In this document: positions 20,187-30,252 of the stretch, one piece after another | Numbering within the stretch: the stretch's first letter is position 1 | Layout of the letters: the number at the start of each line of letters is the position of its first letter | Translations under genes and position numbers: made by a program | The notes under the pieces: model-generated | Databases searched by the model: none | Told to the model about the DNA's origin: nothing | Seen by the model: the letters and a program-made list of their open reading frames with translations, nothing else | NCBI GenBank assembly: GCA_004321745.1 | Contig: SGYO01000008.1 | Coordinates: 80-64,079 of the forward strand | Direction: 5' to 3' | Source: a bacterium | Lineage (GTDB): Bacteria; Fidelibacterota; Marinisomatia; Marinisomatales; UBA1611 | Length of the DNA: 64,000 bases

Positions 20187-20290
20187 AAGCTTGGAACTAT
20201 TCAGTAATCTCTAAGGTATAAATCAATTATAATTCCTATACTTCATACCTGAATATTTGAGTATTTATCAATTATTCTTACCCTTTTAAA

Positions 20291-21040
20291 ATGAACGTAG
20301 AAAACATAGACAAAAGTCACTTAAAAAATGTACCAAAACATATCGCCATTATTATGGATGGTAATGGTAGGTGGGCAAAAGAAAGAGGTCTCCCAAGGAT
20401 AGCTGGGCACCGAGAGGGTATTAATTCTGTTCGTGAGATAACTCGGATATGTGGTGAGATTGGAGTTGAATTCTTAACGTTATTTACATTCTCTACAGAA
20501 AATTGGAGTAGACCAAAAAGAGAAGTAAAGGCTTTAATGACTCTTTTATTATCAACCATAAAAAAAGAAATTAAAGAATTGCACAAAAATAATGTAAAGT
20601 TCTCAACCATAGGAGATATTTCAATTTTACCAGAAAGTACAGTTAAGGGGATTAAAGAAGGGATAAAACTAACAAAAGATAATTCAGGATTGAATTTAGT
20701 ATTAGCCCTAAACTATGGTAGCAGGCAGGAAATTTTATCAGCAGTGAATAATATTATCAATGACATAAATAACAATAATTTGGATGCTAATTCAATTGAT
20801 GAGAATATTTTTTCTTCTTATCTTGATACAAATAATTGTCCAGATCCTGACCTTTTGATTCGCACTAGCGGAGAGTTGCGGATTAGTAATTTTTTATTAT
20901 GGCAATCAGCATATACTGAAATGTATTTAACAGATACTTATTGGCCTTCATTTCGCGAAAATGAACTTTTTCAAGCAATTTTCGAATTTCAAAATAGAGA
21001 ACGAAGGTTTGGAAAAATCAGTGAGCAAGTAGAGAACTAA
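20291..21040 (+). CDS. uppS: Isoprenyl transferase (undecaprenyl-diphosphate synthase)
   Basis: 'HIAIIMDGNGRWA', 'FSTENWSRP', 'LIRTSGELRISNFLLWQSAYTE'. Confidence 0.95.
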   Translation: MNVENIDKSHLKNVPKHIAIIMDGNGRWAKERGLPRIAGHREGINSVREITRICGEIGVEFLTLFTFSTENWSRPKREVKALMTLLLSTIKKEIKELHKNNVKFSTIGDISILPESTVKGIKEGIKLTKDNSGLNLVLALNYGSRQEILSAVNNIINDINNNNLDANSIDENIFSSYLDTNNCPDPDLLIRTSGELRISNFLLWQSAYTEMYLTDTYWPSFRENELFQAIFEFQNRERRFGKISEQVEN

Positions 21041-21041
21041 A

Positions 21042-23450
21042 ATGAAAAATATTGTCATTATATTTTTGATATTTACAGCTCTGTTTGCTCAATCAAATCA
21101 AGAGTTTATTCTCAAAGATGTTAAGGTTGAGGGGAATATTGTATCAACAGCAAATACAATAATATTTACTTCAGGTTTAAGAAAAGGAACAAAAGTTTCA
21201 TCCGCAGAATTTCCTAGGGCTATTAAAAGATTATGGCAGTTGGGGCTTTTTAATGATGTTCAGATCAAATATGACGAAGAAGCTGGTAATGAAGTAAGTA
21301 TAACCATTATGGTATTAGAGTCTAACATTGTGGGCGATATTAAGTATGTTGGTAATAAAAAAATCAAAGATAGCAAGTTTAAGGAAGAACTTGATCTTAA
21401 CACTGGGCAAAGAATTAAGCCAAATATGATCCATGGAAAAATAAATAAAATAAAAAAGCTCTATGCTGAAAAAGGATACTTAAAAGTTGATATTAAAGCG
21501 GATTTAATTAATTCTGAAACGAAGCAAAATATTTTTGATGGCAAAGCTAAAGGCATAACGAAGGATGTTGTTTTTACGATAAATGAAAACGAAAAAATTA
21601 AATTAAGGAATATTTACTTTAATGGTAATAAGGCTTACTCAGATTTAAGATTAAGAATGCTTATGAAGGAGACAAAGCAGCAAAGGTGGTATTACTTTTG
21701 GAGGACTGCATTTGATAGAGAAAAACTTGAGCTTGATAAAGAAAAAGTAATTGAATTTTATCACAATAAAGGGCATAGAGATTTTTCTATTTTATCGGAC
21801 TCTATAATCTATGATGGTAAGAGTAAATATTTGGATATTATACTTGATGTCGATGAAGGTCCAAAGTATAAGTATAGAGATTTCACTTGGGAAGGGCAGT
21901 CTTTATACTCAGAGGAAATTTTATCTAGAGCCTTAGGCCTTACTAAAGGAGAAAACTACAGTGAAGAAAGTTTTTCAAGAGCTGTCTATGATCGTATGCA
22001 AGGTTTATATATGGACAAAGGCTACATATATAGTAGAATAGATCCTGAAATAACTCCTGTAGGGAATGATTCGCTCGATGTCCATTTTGTAATTGCAGAA
22101 AATCATAAAGTTTATATAAGAAATATTTCCATAAAGGGGAATGATAGAACCAGAGAGAATGTTATTAGAAGAATTATGAGAATCTATCCTGGAGATGTAT
22201 TTAATAAGGAGAGACTATTAAGAACTCATAGAGAAATAATGATGTTGAATTATTTTTCAAATGTGGTCCCTGATGTAGTCCCTGTTGATGATGATCAAGT
22301 TGATATTGAAGTTACTGTTGAGGAAAAATCATCAGGTCAAGCCAATATGAATATGGGATTTAGTCAAGCTTACGGAGTTACTGGGGGAGGGGGATTCTCT
22401 CTTCCTAATTTTAGAGGCAGAGGTCAACATTTAGCACTGTCTTTTGAAGTTGGTGCGGCTAATTATAATCAAACATATTTTGGTAGTAGTTATAAACCTC
22501 AAAAAAGAGAAAGAGCATCTATTAGTTTTACTGACCCAATGGTCAATGATACAAATAATCTTTTAAGTGGCTCTCTTTTTTACAGTTTTTCTGGAAGATC
22601 ATCGATGAATTACGCTCCACTAGATATGATAACAAAAGGTGGAAGTTTCAGGTGGGGCCGCAGGTTTAAATGGCCAGATGACTACTTTAGAGGTAGCTGG
22701 TCTTTTACAGCTCACCAGCGAATTTATGAAGCAGATACATATGAACAGCTTCAGCTTTATACAGGAGGTTTAAGTGAAACTGTTGGCGTAAGCATATCGC
22801 AATCTATTAGCCGTGATAGCAGAGATCATCCTGAATTTCCTACGATTGGATCTTTGATGGCGATCAGTAGTAGTTTGTCTGGTGGGCCTCTCGGGGGTAA
22901 CGAAGACTTTCATAAACATGTATTGAATCTTGAATGGTATACCCCCACTGTTTGGAAATTTGTTTTGATGAGTTCTGTAAAAATTGGTGGTATTAAAACA
23001 TTACCATCTACAGATGGTGAGCGTTCAATAGTCCCATTTAATGAAAGGTTTATCATGGGCGGAAGTGGCATGGTATATGGTAATCCACTTAGAGGTTATG
23101 AAGATAACAGAGTTGGCCCACTAACGTCAAGCGGAGGTCCTTTTGGTGGAAATGCGTTAATTAAAATAACATCAGAATTTCGGGTCCCTTTCTCAGAAAA
23201 CCCTGTAGTGTACGGAATGTTATTTGCTGAGATGGGTAACGTATGGATTGAATCTCATTTGCAAGAGAAGTTTAACTTAGCTAGAATTGGACCATTAGAT
23301 TTAAAACGTTCTGCAGGAGTGGGCATAAGGTTTTTTATGCCAATGATTGGGAAGTTAGGATTTGACTTTGGGTATGGTTTTGACGATCTTGATGGAGATG
23401 GCCAGGCTGAGGGGTGGAAATCATCGATAACAATCGGGCAGCAATTTTAA
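21042..23450 (+). CDS. bamA: Outer membrane protein assembly factor BamA
   Basis: 802 aa. Signal peptide, repeated POTRA-like units and a C-terminal Omp85 barrel ending '…SITIGQQF'. Sits in the conserved uppS/skp/lpxD context. Confidence 0.92.
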   Translation: MKNIVIIFLIFTALFAQSNQEFILKDVKVEGNIVSTANTIIFTSGLRKGTKVSSAEFPRAIKRLWQLGLFNDVQIKYDEEAGNEVSITIMVLESNIVGDIKYVGNKKIKDSKFKEELDLNTGQRIKPNMIHGKINKIKKLYAEKGYLKVDIKADLINSETKQNIFDGKAKGITKDVVFTINENEKIKLRNIYFNGNKAYSDLRLRMLMKETKQQRWYYFWRTAFDREKLELDKEKVIEFYHNKGHRDFSILSDSIIYDGKSKYLDIILDVDEGPKYKYRDFTWEGQSLYSEEILSRALGLTKGENYSEESFSRAVYDRMQGLYMDKGYIYSRIDPEITPVGNDSLDVHFVIAENHKVYIRNISIKGNDRTRENVIRRIMRIYPGDVFNKERLLRTHREIMMLNYFSNVVPDVVPVDDDQVDIEVTVEEKSSGQANMNMGFSQAYGVTGGGGFSLPNFRGRGQHLALSFEVGAANYNQTYFGSSYKPQKRERASISFTDPMVNDTNNLLSGSLFYSFSGRSSMNYAPLDMITKGGSFRWGRRFKWPDDYFRGSWSFTAHQRIYEADTYEQLQLYTGGLSETVGVSISQSISRDSRDHPEFPTIGSLMAISSSLSGGPLGGNEDFHKHVLNLEWYTPTVWKFVLMSSVKIGGIKTLPSTDGERSIVPFNERFIMGGSGMVYGNPLRGYEDNRVGPLTSSGGPFGGNALIKITSEFRVPFSENPVVYGMLFAEMGNVWIESHLQEKFNLARIGPLDLKRSAGVGIRFFMPMIGKLGFDFGYGFDDLDGDGQAEGWKSSITIGQQF

Positions 23451-23477
23451 AAATTAAATAAAGATAGGGTGAGTATA

Positions 23478-23996
23478 ATGAAGAGAGTAATCATTTTTTA
23501 CATACTATTAATCGGCATGACAGCTAGTTTGAGTGCTCAACTTAAAATCGGATATATTTTATCAGAAAGAATTCGTGGTGAATATGAGGAGTTTAAAGAA
23601 GCAGAGTCTCAATTACAGCTTGAGTACAGAAAAGTACAATTTGAGTTTGACCAGAGAGTAAAAAAATTAGATAGTCTCAAGCAAGATTATGAAGTTAAAA
23701 GGTTAATGTCTCTTGATAAAGGTGAGAGTATTAAGCAAGAGATTGAACAGACAGAAAAACAGATTCAAACTTATCAAGCAGAGAAAGTTGGTCCGCAGGG
23801 TGAACTAATGAGAAAACAAGCGCAGATGGAGTATGATATTCTTGGTAAAGTAAAAAAAGCTGTAGATAAAGTCGCTATTAATGGTGGCTATGATTACATC
23901 ATTGATGCATCAGTTGGATTACTTTATTACAAGCCCAAATATGATTTGACCGATGATGTTTTGTACGAGCTTAGAAAACTAGATAATTCAAAGTAG
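23478..23996 (+). CDS. OmpH/Skp family periplasmic chaperone
   Basis: About 172 aa with a signal peptide ([21 protein letters not shown]) and a coiled-coil-rich body. Positioned between bamA and lpxD. ATG 23478 is preferred over the track's GTG 23469. Confidence 0.8.
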   Translation: MKRVIIFYILLIGMTASLSAQLKIGYILSERIRGEYEEFKEAESQLQLEYRKVQFEFDQRVKKLDSLKQDYEVKRLMSLDKGESIKQEIEQTEKQIQTYQAEKVGPQGELMRKQAQMEYDILGKVKKAVDKVAINGGYDYIIDASVGLLYYKPKYDLTDDVLYELRKLDNSK

Positions 23997-24003
23997 ACAC
24001 TAC

Positions 24004-25017
24004 TTGAAGTTTAGTTTAGAAGAGATTGCATTGCATGTTGATGGGACTGTTCTGGGTGATTCAAGTATTCAAATATCTGAAGTTGCTGAAATACAAAATG
24101 CCAGAGTTGGCAGTATTACTTTCTTAAGCAATCAAATGTATAATAAATATCTTAATACAACTGAGGCATCAGCAATATTTGTTTCTGATGAGAAATTAGT
24201 TCAACATAGAAACGGTATTTTGGTAGATAATCCCCAGTTAGCTATTGCAAAAACGCTTGCGCTGTTTTTCCCTAAAGAAGTTCATTCTCAAGATATTCAC
24301 TCTAGCTCTAATATTGATTCCTCAGCTAATATTGGCAAGAATGTAACAGTACAAGCTGGGGCAGTGATTGAAAATGGAGTAGTAATTGGGGATGATGTTT
24401 TTATAGGTGCAAATGTCTTCATTGGTAAAAACTCTAAAATAGGTTCTGATTGCAGGATTTATCAGAATGTAGTCATTTATCATTCAACAATCATTGGAGA
24501 TCGCTCAATTATACATGGGTCAGTAGTTTTGGGTTGCGATGGTTTTGGCTTTGTACAAGGTAAAAACCAACATTTTAAAATACCCCAAACTGGTAGAGTA
24601 GTCATAGGAGAAGATGTTGAAATAGGAGCTAATTCTGTTATCGATAGAGCTACTATAGGAGAAACAATAATTGATAAAATGACTAAAATAGATAATTTAG
24701 TTCATGTTGGACATAATGTTCAGATCGGCAAAGCATGTTTAATTACGGCTCAAGTTGGTATTGCTGGTAGCACTAAAGTAGGTGATAATTCTCAAATGGG
24801 AGGGCAGGCAGGAGTTGTCCCTCATGTTGAGATAGGTCCTAACTCAATCATTGCAGCTAAATCTGGTGTAACAAAATCATTAACAGGTAACCAAATGTAT
24901 GGTGGATACCCAGCTAGACCGATAAGAGATCAGCACAAAAGAGATGCTGTGCATCGTGAAGTTTCTCTGCTAAAACAAAAGGTTCAACAATTAATTCAAG
25001 GCTCTGAAAGAAACTAA
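24004..25017 (+). CDS. lpxD: UDP-3-O-acylglucosamine N-acyltransferase
   Basis: 337 aa with a TTG start. N-terminal LpxD-specific domain followed by long left-handed beta-helix hexapeptide repeats. Confidence 0.9.
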   Translation: MKFSLEEIALHVDGTVLGDSSIQISEVAEIQNARVGSITFLSNQMYNKYLNTTEASAIFVSDEKLVQHRNGILVDNPQLAIAKTLALFFPKEVHSQDIHSSSNIDSSANIGKNVTVQAGAVIENGVVIGDDVFIGANVFIGKNSKIGSDCRIYQNVVIYHSTIIGDRSIIHGSVVLGCDGFGFVQGKNQHFKIPQTGRVVIGEDVEIGANSVIDRATIGETIIDKMTKIDNLVHVGHNVQIGKACLITAQVGIAGSTKVGDNSQMGGQAGVVPHVEIGPNSIIAAKSGVTKSLTGNQMYGGYPARPIRDQHKRDAVHREVSLLKQKVQQLIQGSERN

Positions 25018-25020
25018 ATT

Positions 25021-25968
25021 ATGCATAGAAGACAAAGAACTATCCGTAATTCAAAGTCATGTAAAGGTGTAGGCTTACATACAGGAGTTGACAGTGTCAT
25101 TACATTTCATCCAGCGCCTGAAAATTATGGGATTAGATTCGTACGCTCCGATATTAAAGATTCGCCTGAAATAAAGGCAGATATAGATCATGTAGTAGAT
25201 ATTTCTAGAGGTACAACTATCGAACAAAATGATGTGCGAATCCATACTGTTGAACATGCACTTGCAGCGGTTAATGGTTTAAGAATAGATAATGTAATGA
25301 TAGAACTCAATAATAAAGAGACTCCTGTGATGGATGGAAGCGCAAAAGATTTTGTTGATGCCCTGCTAGATGCGGGCATTAAAAAACAAGAAGCAAAAAG
25401 GAAAGTATTAAAAATAACTCGGGCTGTAAATTATACAGATTATTACAGGGATATAGATATTCATGTTATCCCTAGTGACAACTTTAGAGTTACTTTTTTA
25501 GTGGAATATCCTTTGCCAGCATTGGGCACACAATATGAAGCAATATACAATATGGAAGAAGATTTTGCTTTTGAGGTAGCACCAGCAAGAACATTTTGTT
25601 TTTTAAGTGAAATAGAAATGTTAAAAGAGCAGGGGCTAATTAAGGGCGGAGGGTTAAATAATGCTCTAGTGATTATTGATAAAAAAATCGATGATATTGA
25701 AATTAATCGATTAAGAGATTTATTTGGTATAGAGGAAGCAATAGCTAAAGGGTCTAATGGTCTTTTAAACGGCAAGATTCTTCGCTTTAAAAATGAACCT
25801 GTTCGCCATAAAACACTTGACCTTATTGGAGATATGGCACTTCTTGGTGTCCCAATCATTGGCCATATTACTGCTGCAAGAGCTGGGCATGCTAGTAATG
25901 TTGAATTTGTAAAAAAGTTGAAAAAAGTTTATACTAAAGAATTAGAAGAACTTTGGAAAGATGATTGA
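25021..25968 (+). CDS. lpxC: UDP-3-O-acyl-N-acetylglucosamine deacetylase
   Basis: 'GVGLHTG', 'HTVEHALAA', 'HKTLDLIGD', 'GHASN'. Confidence 0.95.
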   Translation: MHRRQRTIRNSKSCKGVGLHTGVDSVITFHPAPENYGIRFVRSDIKDSPEIKADIDHVVDISRGTTIEQNDVRIHTVEHALAAVNGLRIDNVMIELNNKETPVMDGSAKDFVDALLDAGIKKQEAKRKVLKITRAVNYTDYYRDIDIHVIPSDNFRVTFLVEYPLPALGTQYEAIYNMEEDFAFEVAPARTFCFLSEIEMLKEQGLIKGGGLNNALVIIDKKIDDIEINRLRDLFGIEEAIAKGSNGLLNGKILRFKNEPVRHKTLDLIGDMALLGVPIIGHITAARAGHASNVEFVKKLKKVYTKELEELWKDD

Positions 25969-26434
25969 TATGAGTGAAGACTTAATAAAAAACTCTTATA
26001 ATATTCAAGACATAATAAAGATTTTGCCCCATAGGTACCCGTTTGTACTAATTGATAGGATAGATGAAGTAAAGCAAGGTGAATTTGTTAATGCAATCAA
26101 AAATGTTACAATAAATGAACCTTTTTTTCAGGGCCATTTCCCAGGGCAACCAGTAATGCCTGGTGTTCTATCTCTGGAGTCTATGGCGCAAGCTACAGCA
26201 TTTTTGATGCTACATGAATTAGATGATCCTTTGAAAAAAAATATGTTTATTTCTGGTGTTGATAAAGTTCGATATAGGCGATTAATAACTCCTGGAGATA
26301 CGCTTAATATCAATATCAAGTTGGTATCTAAAAAATTGACTCTATATAAATTTGACGGTACGATAAAAATTGATGGTAAACTTGCTGTGCAGGCAAAGAT
26401 ATCATCAAACTTAGTTGATCGTGTAGAGGTATAA
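25961..26434 (+). CDS. fabZ: 3-hydroxyacyl-ACP dehydratase FabZ
   Basis: 'LPHRYPFVLIDRI', 'FFQGHFPGQPVMPGVL'. The start is either ATG 25961 (8-nt overlap with lpxC) or ATG 25970. Confidence 0.93.
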   Translation: MIDMSEDLIKNSYNIQDIIKILPHRYPFVLIDRIDEVKQGEFVNAIKNVTINEPFFQGHFPGQPVMPGVLSLESMAQATAFLMLHELDDPLKKNMFISGVDKVRYRRLITPGDTLNINIKLVSKKLTLYKFDGTIKIDGKLAVQAKISSNLVDRVEV

Positions 26435-26441
26435 TTTCACA

Positions 26442-27209
26442 TTGGGAGTTCATTCTACTGCTATAGTTGACCCAAATGCAAAAATTGGAGATGATGTTAC
26501 TATTGGGCCTTTCTCTGTGATAGAGGCAGGGGTGTCCATTGGTGACAGAACAACGGTTGGTAACAATGTTACTATATCATCTGGCACATACATAGGTAGG
26601 GATTGCAAGATCTTTCATTCAGCGTCAATTGGAGCTATTCCTCAAGATTTAAAGTATAATAATGAGGAGACTCTTCTTTATATTGGAGATAGAACTGTTA
26701 TAAGAGAATTTGTATCTATAAATAAAGGTACATCAGCTTCAGGTAAAACTGAGATTGGGTCTGATTGTTTGTTAATGGCATCGGTTCATGTAGCTCATGA
26801 TTGTGTTGTGGGTAACAACGTGATCATGTCTAATTTGACCACGCTTGGAGGCCATGTTAATATTGATGATTGGGTAATTCTAAGTGGAGGTGTTTTAGTC
26901 CATCAGTTTTGTAACATAAGTAAGCATGCTTTTATAGGGGCAGGTGCTTTAGTGACCCAAGATGTGCCTCCATTTATTTTAGCGGCAGGTTCTCCAGTAG
27001 AATATAGTGGAATTAATAGTGTTGGACTAAAGCGAAGAGGTTTTTCTATTGATGATAGAAAAGAATTAAAAAACATTTATAAAATGTATTTTCGATCAAA
27101 AAATAATCGTAAAGAAAATCTGTCAAAAATAAAAAAAGAGTTAGCGCCATTTAAATACACCAATTTAATAGTAGATTTTATTGAAAATAGCGAAAGAGGA
27201 ATCATTTAA
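26442..27209 (+). CDS. lpxA: Acyl-ACP--UDP-N-acetylglucosamine O-acyltransferase
   Basis: 255 aa with a TTG start. Hexapeptide-repeat beta-helix plus a helical C-terminal domain. Sits in the lpxD-fabZ-lpxA context. Confidence 0.9.
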   Translation: MGVHSTAIVDPNAKIGDDVTIGPFSVIEAGVSIGDRTTVGNNVTISSGTYIGRDCKIFHSASIGAIPQDLKYNNEETLLYIGDRTVIREFVSINKGTSASGKTEIGSDCLLMASVHVAHDCVVGNNVIMSNLTTLGGHVNIDDWVILSGGVLVHQFCNISKHAFIGAGALVTQDVPPFILAAGSPVEYSGINSVGLKRRGFSIDDRKELKNIYKMYFRSKNNRKENLSKIKKELAPFKYTNLIVDFIENSERGII

Positions 27210-27214
27210 TAAAA

Positions 27215-27898
27215 ATGAAAACCACGATATTGGTTTTTTTATTATTTATTTCTTCTATTTATTCTCAAAATATAGATTTTAGTTTGAACGCTGTAGATGA
27301 ACAAAATCTATATGTTCACTCACGGAATATCGCTAATTCATCAATGCTATGGCTTGCCGGTAACATTAATACACCCGAGTCTAGTGGTAAGGCATTATAT
27401 ATCAAATATAGCCAATCATCACTTTTAAAAAAGATTAATAATAATCATTGGGTTCTTCCAAATTTGCAGTTTGGCTTAATGCCATCAAACAATTTAATGT
27501 TATCAGGAAATTTTTTTGGTATGCATCTAAAGAAAGATATATTACAAATTTCAGGAGGTGGTATTCATTATCTAGGTGGAGAGAACCAAGATTGGGTTGT
27601 TGCATTTCAAAAATCAGCATTGAATGGACTAAATGATTTTAGGTTGGTGTCTACTTCTTTAAGTGTGAATAAAAGAGTAAAAAAATCTTTTTATTATTAT
27701 TTCTTAGGTATCGGTTCATGCGACTTTTCATTTACATCTTATTTTGATTCAAGTGAGTTACCTAAAAAATTTGATAGAAGTTTAACTTATTTAAAATTAG
27801 AAGTTTTAATTCCATATAAGGATTTTGATTTAAATTTTTCATCAAACATTAGTTCAAAGAACCAACTTTTCCAATTAGGGTTGGCTAAGGGTTTTTAA
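27215..27898 (+). CDS. Small predicted outer-membrane beta-barrel protein, uncharacterised
   Basis: 227 aa. Signal peptide (…FISSIYSQ), alternating strand pattern, and a C-terminal 'QLGLAKGF' with terminal Phe (OMP beta-signal-like). Confidence 0.45.
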   Translation: MKTTILVFLLFISSIYSQNIDFSLNAVDEQNLYVHSRNIANSSMLWLAGNINTPESSGKALYIKYSQSSLLKKINNNHWVLPNLQFGLMPSNNLMLSGNFFGMHLKKDILQISGGGIHYLGGENQDWVVAFQKSALNGLNDFRLVSTSLSVNKRVKKSFYYYFLGIGSCDFSFTSYFDSSELPKKFDRSLTYLKLEVLIPYKDFDLNFSSNISSKNQLFQLGLAKGF

Positions 27899-27900
27899 AA

Positions 27901-29046
27901 ATGAAAAAAATATCAATATTAGGTTCAACTGGTTCAATAGGCGTTAATGCACTAAGTGTAATTAAAAATTTTCCAGAAGATTTTAGGGTAATCCACCTTA
28001 CGGGAAATTTAAACTCCGAAAAAATGATCGAGCAAGGTAAGGAGTTTTTACCAAATACAATTACGATGATTGATGAACAAGCGGCAGGAAAAGTTAAATC
28101 AGGCTTAAAAGAGCTCGATATAGAAGTATTCACTGGTCGAGAAAAATTACTAGAAGTAGCCAATGATAAAAATATTGATCTTGTCTTAAACTCCTTAGTT
28201 GGTGCTTTTGGTATGGAACCAACGCTGAAGGCAATTGAAAATGGTGTAGATGTTGCTCTCTCAAATAAAGAAAGTTTAGTAGTTGCTGGTGATTTGATTT
28301 ATAATGCAATGGATAACTCAGGTGCAAATTTATTTCCTGTAGATAGCGAGCATTCAGCATTGTGGCAATGTGTTCATGGCGAATTAAATGAAGACATAGA
28401 AAAAATTATTCTAACAGGAAGCGGAGGTCCATTTAGAACTCGAGAGGTAAATACATTCTCATCTATAACAAAAAAAGAGGCCTTGAAACATCCAAATTGG
28501 GTAATGGGGCAAAAGATTACAATTGATTCTGCTACTATGATGAATAAAGGCCTAGAGGTAATTGAAGCATTTTGGCTTTTTAAAATGAATACATCAAAAA
28601 TAGAAATTGTAGTTCATCCTCAATCAATCATTCATTCCATGGTTCAGTTCAAAGATGGTTCTATTAAAGCTCAACTAGGAGTACCTGACATGAAGATACC
28701 TATTCAATATGCTTTAACTTATCCACGTCATTTACCATCGAATTGGGAGAGATTAGATTTTACTAATATTATAGATCTAACCTTTGAGGCTCCAAACATA
28801 GAAAGATTTCCTTGCATTGCATTAGCGTATAAAGCACTTAATAAAAAAGGCTCTGCAGCTGCTGTTCTCAATTTTGCAAATGATTATAGTGTATTTAGGT
28901 TCCTGGAGGAAGATATTAAATTTACAGATATACCAAAAATAATTGATTTGGCTATAGATAATCATCAATGGATTGAATGCCCTAATTTGGATGATCTCAA
29001 AGAATTAGATCTTTGGACAAAAGACTTTGTGAAGAATTTTGATTAA
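27901..29046 (+). CDS. dxr: 1-deoxy-D-xylulose-5-phosphate reductoisomerase
   Basis: 'ILGSTGSIG', 'LSNKESLV', 'PVDSEHSA', 'HPNWVMG'. Confidence 0.96.
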   Translation: MKKISILGSTGSIGVNALSVIKNFPEDFRVIHLTGNLNSEKMIEQGKEFLPNTITMIDEQAAGKVKSGLKELDIEVFTGREKLLEVANDKNIDLVLNSLVGAFGMEPTLKAIENGVDVALSNKESLVVAGDLIYNAMDNSGANLFPVDSEHSALWQCVHGELNEDIEKIILTGSGGPFRTREVNTFSSITKKEALKHPNWVMGQKITIDSATMMNKGLEVIEAFWLFKMNTSKIEIVVHPQSIIHSMVQFKDGSIKAQLGVPDMKIPIQYALTYPRHLPSNWERLDFTNIIDLTFEAPNIERFPCIALAYKALNKKGSAAAVLNFANDYSVFRFLEEDIKFTDIPKIIDLAIDNHQWIECPNLDDLKELDLWTKDFVKNFD

Positions 29047-29082
29047 TATGGAACATCTCTATTAAAATATGATTAGTACTTT

Positions 29083-30252
29083 ATGATATTTATTTGGTCA
29101 ACAGCACTAGTTATAGGAATTCTTGTATTCGTACATGAACTTGGTCATTACCTTGCGGCCAGATCTGTTGGTGTGCGAGTGGAGAAGTTTTCTATTGGTT
29201 TCCCTCCAAGGTTTTTTACAGTTACATCCGTTGATGGTGGTTTTGATGTTACTTTTTTCTTTTTTGGGTTGAAAAATGGGTCTATAAAGTGGAAGCCTAT
29301 TTTTAGTACTCACCTTGGTATCCCAGGTAGGGTTGGTACTAACACTGAATATGTGATTGCTCTTATTCCTCTTGGCGGATATGTTAAAATGGCAGGATCT
29401 TTGGATGAGAGTTTAGATTCAGAAGTAACAGGTGCATCTGATGAATTCTCTAGTAAAAGTGTCTTACAAAAAATATGGATTCTAAGTGCAGGAGTTATAA
29501 TGAATATTTTTACTGCATTTATTTTATTTACAGGAATCACATATTACCAAGGTACTATGAGTACTAATGACGGTTCATTCATTGGAGAGTTTGCTAAAGA
29601 TAGTCCTGCCCAAGATGCTGGTTTATTGAGCGGAGATGAGATAATTATGATTAATGGCCAAGAAGTTTTTAGTTGGAATGATTTGGTCAATATTTTGCAA
29701 CCAATTCCTAATACAAAAGTTGACATTGAAGTCAAAAGAGGAGATGAATATTTAGATTTTTCTTTTGATACATATGAAATTTTAAGGCCAACTAAAAATG
29801 GGATAGATACTGTTGGAGGTATTGGTATCTCCCCTCAATATGAATATAATCCAGCAACCTTTGGCGAGTCAATAAAGCTTGGCTATTTAAATACTGTTGG
29901 CAGCTTTGGTTTAATTTCATTGACCTTCAAAATGCTTGCCAGTGGTCAAGCAACATTGAAAGACCTAGGTGGGCCAATTATGATTGGTCAGATAGCAGGG
30001 GAAACAGCAAAAGCTGGATGGATACCATTATTCAATTTTATGGCACTTATAAGTATTAATTTAGCATTTTTAAATATTTTGCCAGTACCTGGTCTAGATG
30101 GAGGTCACATATTTATTATTTTAATAGAAACTATAATTAGACGTCCTCTTAGTCTAAAGTCAAGAATGGTAATTCAACAAATCGGTATGGTTCTTTTACT
30201 GGGATTAATGTTTACGGTAATGTTTAATGATATAGGAAGACTCTTTAATTAA
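29083..30252 (+). CDS. rseP: RIP metalloprotease RseP (M50 site-2 protease, single PDZ)
   Basis: 'HELGHY' zinc motif, a PDZ segment 'SPAQDAGLLSGDEIIMINGQ', and 'NILPVPGLDGGH'. Confidence 0.93.
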   Translation: MIFIWSTALVIGILVFVHELGHYLAARSVGVRVEKFSIGFPPRFFTVTSVDGGFDVTFFFFGLKNGSIKWKPIFSTHLGIPGRVGTNTEYVIALIPLGGYVKMAGSLDESLDSEVTGASDEFSSKSVLQKIWILSAGVIMNIFTAFILFTGITYYQGTMSTNDGSFIGEFAKDSPAQDAGLLSGDEIIMINGQEVFSWNDLVNILQPIPNTKVDIEVKRGDEYLDFSFDTYEILRPTKNGIDTVGGIGISPQYEYNPATFGESIKLGYLNTVGSFGLISLTFKMLASGQATLKDLGGPIMIGQIAGETAKAGWIPLFNFMALISINLAFLNILPVPGLDGGHIFIILIETIIRRPLSLKSRMVIQQIGMVLLLGLMFTVMFNDIGRLFN

